This document shows, piece after piece, positions 58,666 through 64,000 of a DNA stretch of 64,000 bases; position 1 is the first letter of the stretch, and the number at the start of each line of letters is the position of its first letter. The stretch lies in assembly GCA_033854175.1 (NCBI GenBank), contig JAWOKN010000056.1, forward strand, positions 3,736 through 67,735, given 5' to 3'. Under the pieces are notes generated by a model that saw nothing but the letters and a program-made list of their open reading frames with translations, was not told the origin of the DNA and did no database searches. The DNA is from Bacteroidota bacterium. Its GTDB lineage: Bacteria; Bacteroidota; Ignavibacteria; UBA10030; SZUA-254. The position numbers and the translations under genes were made by a program.

Positions 58666-59586
58666 TCAGTGGGAAACTATCTTTAATCCCAGCAGCTCGA
58701 CATCCCTGCGGATCCTATGCTCCTCACCCCAATCGCTCCAGAAGACATCGCCCACCTCGAGGACATAAAAATCCCTCTTGATGCGTTCCAGAAACGCAAG
58801 AGAAAAGTTCACCGAGGGAATCATCCTAAATATCCGCTGAAGGACGGCAGTCTCGTCCGGGGTTCCGAGGGCGGATTTCAGTTCAAAGAACGCTTCATAA
58901 ATGTCGGGGAGTAAAATTTCAAAATGCTGGAGAAACGTTCCGACGTTCCCGACGAGCACCATACTATTCCAGAGATGGCCCTTTTCGTGCAGGCGACCGA
59001 CAACATCAATGGAAGGCTTCTCGATAAAATCCCTGACATGGAAGAGGTTTTTATTCCTATGGGTGGCGATTTTTTCCCCCTTCTCGATCCACCCGTAATT
59101 TTCGTCGGGGTACTGCGGAGCAATACCAAGCGCGATCAGGTGATGAGGAAACCTCGCCGCATGCTGCAGGGCATATTCGATATAGCCCATAAAGCGGACC
59201 TCCTCGAGAATAAAATGGTCTGAGGGAAATATCACGACAAACGCATCCGGATCACGGTTATAGACAGCCAGAAGCGGCAAAAGAATACCGGGGCCGGTTT
59301 CCCGGCAGCACGGCTGAATGATGAGAGTTGACGGAGGCTGGTCGCACAAATCACCCTTCACATAGGGAACATGTGCCTGATCGATAATCGTAAGAATCTG
59401 GTTTACGGGAAAAAGAAGGCGCACGCGGTCCAGGGTATGTCGCAGCATCGACCGCTTTCCGATGATGGTGGCAAACTGTTTCGGGCGGTCGTCGCCGTGC
59501 AACGCGCGGATAAAGCCCTTCAGCCTGCGTCCCTCGCCCCCGGCAAGAATGATTGCCCATGAACGTGTGGTATCACTCACTGACAA
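58666..59586 (-). CDS. sugar-phosphate nucleotidyltransferase (mannose-1-phosphate guanylyltransferase-like)
   Basis: WAIILAGGEGRRLKGF is the NTP_transferase N-terminal motif. Confidence 0.7.
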   Translation of the reverse strand: MSVSDTTRSWAIILAGGEGRRLKGFIRALHGDDRPKQFATIIGKRSMLRHTLDRVRLLFPVNQILTIIDQAHVPYVKGDLCDQPPSTLIIQPCCRETGPGILLPLLAVYNRDPDAFVVIFPSDHFILEEVRFMGYIEYALQHAARFPHHLIALGIAPQYPDENYGWIEKGEKIATHRNKNLFHVRDFIEKPSIDVVGRLHEKGHLWNSMVLVGNVGTFLQHFEILLPDIYEAFFELKSALGTPDETAVLQRIFRMIPSVNFSLAFLERIKRDFYVLEVGDVFWSDWGEEHRIRRDVELLGLKIVSH

Positions 59587-59791
59587 TGTTCCCTGATTAT
59601 GTTACGGCAACGTTAACCAACCCCCGATCAAACTGCCATTACCCCTTATGCGAGTAAAATATACCATCGCATGCCGAATTTTGCAACTCCCGGGTGAGGA
59701 ACAGCACGGCGTCAACCGCCGAATCCGCAAAAAAATAGCCGGTTCAGACATGAACCGGCCAAGGCGGGGGTTTAGCCCCGGGGGGGACAAC

Positions 59792-61033
59792 CTAGAGAGT
59801 GCTATTCCCGTTCCCCTTCGGGACGCACTGAACCCAGCATCCGAAATTCTTCAATTCCTCAAGGCGGCACGACCAGACAATCTCATTATTCCAGACGGTG
59901 ACATCGGGGCAGCCGTCGCACATATTCTGGCCGCCGTTCGGCATGAAGTCAATAGGCTGGATAATCATGACAGACTGATAGTGGAGACCGCGGAAGAGGA
60001 TTGCAGGACTGGTGAATAATTTCCTGAAAAACCGGCCGGTAATCCTCCGCACGCCCTCATCAAACGGGGAAAGAAGCATCATCGCGCGTCCCCGCCGGGT
60101 ATCCTTCGGTCCGGAATAGGCCAGATAGCGCCCTTTGATCAAATGATGTCCGGTCTGGATAATCTCCATAAACTTCGGGCCGACATAGCCGAGGATGCCG
60201 TCCTTCTTCGTACCGACGCGGCCCGTCAGCAGCCACTTGAACGAATCGGGTTTCTCGGTCCCGTTAAGATACGCGCAGGGGTCGAATTCCGGAAACTTCT
60301 CCCGGATGGTTTTCACCACCTCAGGAGACTGAAGCGCGATATTCCGGGCGGAAGTTTCGGTATAGACCAGTTTCTGCACATCGATTTTCTTGCCCCCGGC
60401 ATACCAGTCAAACGGAAGGGCAGGGATAGCGGCGCGGTAGAGGATAAAGACGATGACATTGACGATATCGATATGCTCCTCGGCCCACTTCACCATTTCC
60501 GGAACATACTGGAGGGTATCCTCATACACGGTCGAATTAAACGCGCAGGAGAAACCGCCCACCTCGGCGAGCATTTCGGCAAGCTGCAGGCGGAATTCAT
60601 TGAGCTCGAGTTCATTCTTATTCTTCCATTTCGGGCGACCCTGTTTGCTGTCGATATGGAAGGTAAAGCCGAACGCCCCGGCGCGTTTCAGATCCAGCAG
60701 GAGCTCCTTCGTCAGCAGCTGACCGTTTGTATTCACAATCGGCTTCATCCCCATCTCGGCGACCATCTCGACGATATCGAGGATCTGGGGATGCATCAGG
60801 GGATCGCCGCCGGCGATCGAAACACCGTCCGCGGTACGGAGGCGGCGGAACGTCTTCAGCTCCTCGCGGACCTCATTGAGCGTCTTGTGGCTGTTCGGTA
60901 CATTCTCCCGGTAGCACCCGTCGCACGCAAGATTGCATGCGGATGTCGGTTCCAGCCAAACGATGGCGTTATCCGGCAGGGTCCAGGGCAAACGGTACAG
61001 GTACCGGTGATCGATAACCGATGGTTCAGTCAT
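59792..61033 (-). CDS. radical SAM protein with Cys-rich (SPASM/twitch-like) C-terminal domain
   Basis: CNLACDGCY is the canonical CX3CX2C motif. C-terminus is MCDGCPDVTVWNNEIVWSCRLEELKNFGCWVQC. Confidence 0.75.
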   Translation of the reverse strand: MTEPSVIDHRYLYRLPWTLPDNAIVWLEPTSACNLACDGCYRENVPNSHKTLNEVREELKTFRRLRTADGVSIAGGDPLMHPQILDIVEMVAEMGMKPIVNTNGQLLTKELLLDLKRAGAFGFTFHIDSKQGRPKWKNKNELELNEFRLQLAEMLAEVGGFSCAFNSTVYEDTLQYVPEMVKWAEEHIDIVNVIVFILYRAAIPALPFDWYAGGKKIDVQKLVYTETSARNIALQSPEVVKTIREKFPEFDPCAYLNGTEKPDSFKWLLTGRVGTKKDGILGYVGPKFMEIIQTGHHLIKGRYLAYSGPKDTRRGRAMMLLSPFDEGVRRITGRFFRKLFTSPAILFRGLHYQSVMIIQPIDFMPNGGQNMCDGCPDVTVWNNEIVWSCRLEELKNFGCWVQCVPKGNGNSTL

Positions 61034-61077
61034 GACAACCCCCTTGAAAAAGAATCAGACATACATGATACGAACGC

Positions 61078-61998
61078 TTAATTCATCTGAAGCTGATTAT
61101 GTTCCGCCATGATAATGCCGAGTGCCACTGAGAGGAGCTTTGCATCGGACTTATCCGCCCGTGACGGAATAAGAACGGGAACCCTGCCGCCCACGATAAC
61201 ATGGGCGAGCCGGAGGCCCGCAAAAAACGTAGTACTTTTGGCCAGGCTGTTGGCCGATTCAATATTCGCCGCGATAAGAATCTCCGCGTGGCCGGCGACA
61301 GGTGAATTGATCCTCTTCTCGGCGGCAGCCTCCTCCGAGATCGCGTTATCGAGCGCAAAAGGCCCGTCCACGATGCATCCCTTGATCTGCCCGCGTTCGT
61401 TCATCTTCGAGAGAGCGGCCGCATCAAGCGTCGACGGAAGGTTCGGAAGAACGAACTCCGTAGCCGACAACACGGCCACCTTGGGATTTTCGTTTCCGAG
61501 GGCGTGGGCGACCTCGACGGCGTTGGCGATCAGCTCCATCTTGTTCTTCAGGTCGGGGGCAAGCGTCATACCGCCGTCAGTAATCATAATGAACTTGTTA
61601 TCCCTGCGGGCGGGATACTCCATGATAAAAATATCCGAAAGGAGGCGGCCGGTACGCAGACCCGCATCCTCGTGCAGGACAGCCTTCATCATCGTCGAGG
61701 TATCGATCCCCCCCTTCATCAAGATATCCCCTTTACCGCCCCGGACCAGGTCGACTGTTTTCAGAAGAGCCTCGGACGGATCCGCGGCGGGGACAATCTC
61801 CACGGACCCCTCTCCGTTCAGACCCGCGGAAATCCCGTAGGGGTCACCCACAAGGACAAGATCGGCAAGATGGAGATTCAGGACATCGCGGAGGGCTGCA
61901 AACGTCTCCTCGTTATTCGGATGAACGACAACGACCTTCTTCCGGTCAAGTGTCAGGGCCTTTTTGAGCAGGTCATCAAAATTCTTAATCATCGGCAT
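61078..61998 (-). CDS. ptb: phosphate butyryltransferase/phosphate acetyltransferase family
   Basis: PTA_PTB family. The start is MPMIKNF at 61998. Confidence 0.8.
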   Translation of the reverse strand: MPMIKNFDDLLKKALTLDRKKVVVVHPNNEETFAALRDVLNLHLADLVLVGDPYGISAGLNGEGSVEIVPAADPSEALLKTVDLVRGGKGDILMKGGIDTSTMMKAVLHEDAGLRTGRLLSDIFIMEYPARRDNKFIMITDGGMTLAPDLKNKMELIANAVEVAHALGNENPKVAVLSATEFVLPNLPSTLDAAALSKMNERGQIKGCIVDGPFALDNAISEEAAAEKRINSPVAGHAEILIAANIESANSLAKSTTFFAGLRLAHVIVGGRVPVLIPSRADKSDAKLLSVALGIIMAEHNQLQMN

Positions 61999-63061
61999 AC
62001 TCCTTCGCCTTCTCCTCCCCCCGGAGAACCCGCAGGGCCCCGTCGGCGAGAGCCTGCAGTTCATCATTACCCGTCTGGACGAGAACCGGCGCTATAAACT
62101 TCACCCGATCCTCTATCCACGAGGTAAGCAGTTTTGAGTTCGCGATACCCCCGGTGAGGATAATTGCATCGACAGATCCCGACAGGACAGTGGACATGGC
62201 GCCGATCTCCTTGGAAATCTGGTACGCCATCGCGCGCAGCACCTCTTCCGCCCGGGGATCATCCTGGCCGATTCGCCGTTCGATATCGAGGACGGAATTC
62301 GTGCCGAGGTAGGCGGCGAGGCCGCCCTCGCCCATGATCATCCGGCGGACCTCCCCCTCGGAATACTTACCCGAGAAGCAGAGGCGCAGGAAAGGCTGAA
62401 GCGGGAGACCGCCGGTACGTTCGGGGGAAAACGGACCATCGCTTGCTGCATCGTTGACGTCGATAATCCAGCCTGCGAGGACGGGAGCGATGGAAATACC
62501 GCCGCCCAGGTGGCAGACGATAAACGAGGTGGAGGCGATGGGACGTTGAAACGCCCGGGCAGCCCTATAGGCGGCCGCATGGATGCTCAGGGCATGTGAA
62601 AGGCTGCTCCGCCGGATAAGAGGGTGGCCGGAATAGAAGGAGAGCGGTTCAAACTCATCGGTGGAGACAGGGTCGACCACAAACGACGGGCAGGAAAATT
62701 CCCTGCCGAGGTGATGCGCCAGTGCGCAGCCAAGGTTTGAGGCATGTTCCCCCTGAATATTCTTCCTGGCATCTGTGAGCATAGATTCGGAAACCCTATA
62801 GGTCCCTCCCGGGACAGGGCGAAGAAGGCCGCCCAGGGAAACGACAGCGGAGCAGGCCCGGGCATGTTTTTTTGCCCAGGCAGTGCAGAGGGCAAGCCGG
62901 TCCGCGAACTGGCCCCAGACAGAATCATACTTCTTCAGAAAAGCGGCGTCATGGGAAAAAGTCTCCTTTTCCGTGATGACGCCATTTGCACACAGGGCGA
63001 TCTTTGTCGAGGTAGAACCAGGGTTGACGACCAGGACTATGAGCGCTTCCGCAGGTTCCAT
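61985..63061 (-). CDS. buk: butyrate kinase
   Basis: Acetate/butyrate kinase fold (LVVNPGSTSTKIAL). ATG 63061 overlaps ptb. Confidence 0.85.
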   Translation of the reverse strand: MEPAEALIVLVVNPGSTSTKIALCANGVITEKETFSHDAAFLKKYDSVWGQFADRLALCTAWAKKHARACSAVVSLGGLLRPVPGGTYRVSESMLTDARKNIQGEHASNLGCALAHHLGREFSCPSFVVDPVSTDEFEPLSFYSGHPLIRRSSLSHALSIHAAAYRAARAFQRPIASTSFIVCHLGGGISIAPVLAGWIIDVNDAASDGPFSPERTGGLPLQPFLRLCFSGKYSEGEVRRMIMGEGGLAAYLGTNSVLDIERRIGQDDPRAEEVLRAMAYQISKEIGAMSTVLSGSVDAIILTGGIANSKLLTSWIEDRVKFIAPVLVQTGNDELQALADGALRVLRGEEKAKEYADD

Positions 63062-63068
63062 AAGAATT

Positions 63069-64000
63069 TCAGGCCACGCTGTTGACGGGCTCAAAAACTT
63101 TTTGTGTTTCCTTCAGATCCTTCGACTGCAGGTACTTATGAATCGCAGCGGCTGCCGTCTTGCCGTCGCGCATGGCAAGGATAACCGTAGCACCGCCACG
63201 GGAAAGGTCACCGCCGGCGAAAATACCCTCTCGGCTCGTACCCTGTTCCTCATTGATCACGACCGTGCCCCGTTTGCTCGTTTCGAGGCCGGGGGTGGTG
63301 GCCTGGATAATGGGATTCGGTTTCTGGCCGACCGCCTCGATGACGGTCTGGACCTGGATGACATACTCCGAACCCTTGATGGGGACGGGGCGTCTGCGGC
63401 CGGATTCATCCGGTTCCCCGAGTTCCATCTTCTGGCATTCCATACCGCACACCCAGTTATTCTTATCCGCGAGGATGCGGGTAGGATTCGTGAGGAGGAC
63501 AAACTCGACCCCTTCCTCCTCGGCGTGATGAATCTCCTCATCACGTGCGGGCATTTCCTCGCGGGAGCGGCGATAGACCAGATAGGCCTTCTTGGCGCCG
63601 AGGCGGAGAGAGGTTCTCACGGCATCCATGGCGGTATTACCGCCGCCGATGACGGCGACCTCCCTGCCGAATTTGATCGGCGTATCGAACTTCGGAAACT
63701 CATACGCCTTCATCAGGTTGACGCGGGTAAGAAACTCATTGGCTGAATAGACCCCGCTCAGGCTCTCGCCGGGGATACCCATAAAGGTGGGGGTACCGGC
63801 GCCCGTGCCGAGGAAGATCGCGTTAAAGCCCCATTCATCAAAGAACTCATCAATCGTGGCAGTACGGCCGACCACGAAGTTTGTATAAATCTTCACGCCC
63901 AGCGCCTTGATCCGGTCCGTTTCCAGGTCCAGGATCGTGCGTGGAAGGCGGAATTCGGGAATACCATAGCGCAGCACCCCTCCCACGGCGTGCAGCGCTT
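63069..64000 (-). CDS. glutamate synthase small-subunit-like NAD(P)H oxidoreductase (GltD/NfnB/SudA family), N-terminus beyond window
   Basis: GGVLRYGIPEFRLP...VIGGGNTAMD GltD-like motifs. The reading frame is open to the window edge. Confidence 0.75.
   Translation of the reverse strand, partial: ALHAVGGVLRYGIPEFRLPRTILDLETDRIKALGVKIYTNFVVGRTATIDEFFDEWGFNAIFLGTGAGTPTFMGIPGESLSGVYSANEFLTRVNLMKAYEFPKFDTPIKFGREVAVIGGGNTAMDAVRTSLRLGAKKAYLVYRRSREEMPARDEEIHHAEEEGVEFVLLTNPTRILADKNNWVCGMECQKMELGEPDESGRRRPVPIKGSEYVIQVQTVIEAVGQKPNPIIQATTPGLETSKRGTVVINEEQGTSREGIFAGGDLSRGGATVILAMRDGKTAAAAIHKYLQSKDLKETQKVFEPVNSVA

Noticed and set aside
1-64000. Search for CRISPR arrays, rRNA or tRNA genes, and integrase or phage genes
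   Set aside because: I saw no direct-repeat/spacer arrays, no tRNA-like cloverleaf candidates, and no rRNA or integrase signatures. The window is essentially protein-coding chromosome with short intergenic regions.

Overview
This window is a gene-dense, GC-rich (~58%) chromosomal stretch from an anaerobic bacterium that carries a type IX secretion system (two proteins end in the YPNPFNPST...-type T9SS C-terminal sorting domain). I therefore place it in the FCB superphylum and do not assign it more precisely. Shine-Dalgarno-like ribosome-binding sites are common. Core metabolism is amino-acid and 2-oxoacid fermentation: alanine dehydrogenase, NADP-dependent glutamate dehydrogenase, MaeB-type malic enzyme, a four-subunit 2-oxoacid:ferredoxin oxidoreductase, a single-chain pyruvate:ferredoxin oxidoreductase (PFOR), a CoA-transferase, phosphate butyryltransferase plus butyrate kinase, and a GltD/NfnB-like subunit. 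The window also encodes cytochrome bd oxidase, a FeoAB ferrous-iron importer, a secreted nine-heme cytochrome, an M1 aminopeptidase, peptide deformylase, RsgA, a Ser/Thr kinase with TPR repeats, and a histidine-kinase/NtrC-family two-component pair.

The most interesting candidates are:
1. An uncharacterised operon (32.4-39.9 kb) in which two glycine-cleavage-H-fold proteins flank a cytoplasm-facing HybA-like 4x[4Fe-4S] protein and an NrfD-like quinone-interacting membrane protein. It is followed by a histidine kinase whose periplasmic domain carries a CXXCH motif, a sigma-54 activator and an archaemetzincin. A 25-bp palindromic upstream activator sequence (UAS) and a sigma-54-like promoter precede it.
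2. A duplicated composite regulatory module, a 26-bp palindrome abutting a perfect sigma-54 promoter (TGGCAC-N5-TTGC). One copy lies in the feoAB promoter and the other lies immediately downstream of an Rrf2 Fe-S regulator gene.
3. A gene cassette of a ferritin-like protein, two tandem 8-Cys paralogs, a radical-SAM-fold/SPASM-like protein that lacks the CX3CX2C motif, and a PLP enzyme, upstream of feoAB.
4. A T9SS-sorted nonaheme cytochrome with an internally duplicated tri-heme module.

The only mobile-element trace is a frameshifted IS3 transposase remnant. No CRISPR array, rRNA or tRNA was seen.
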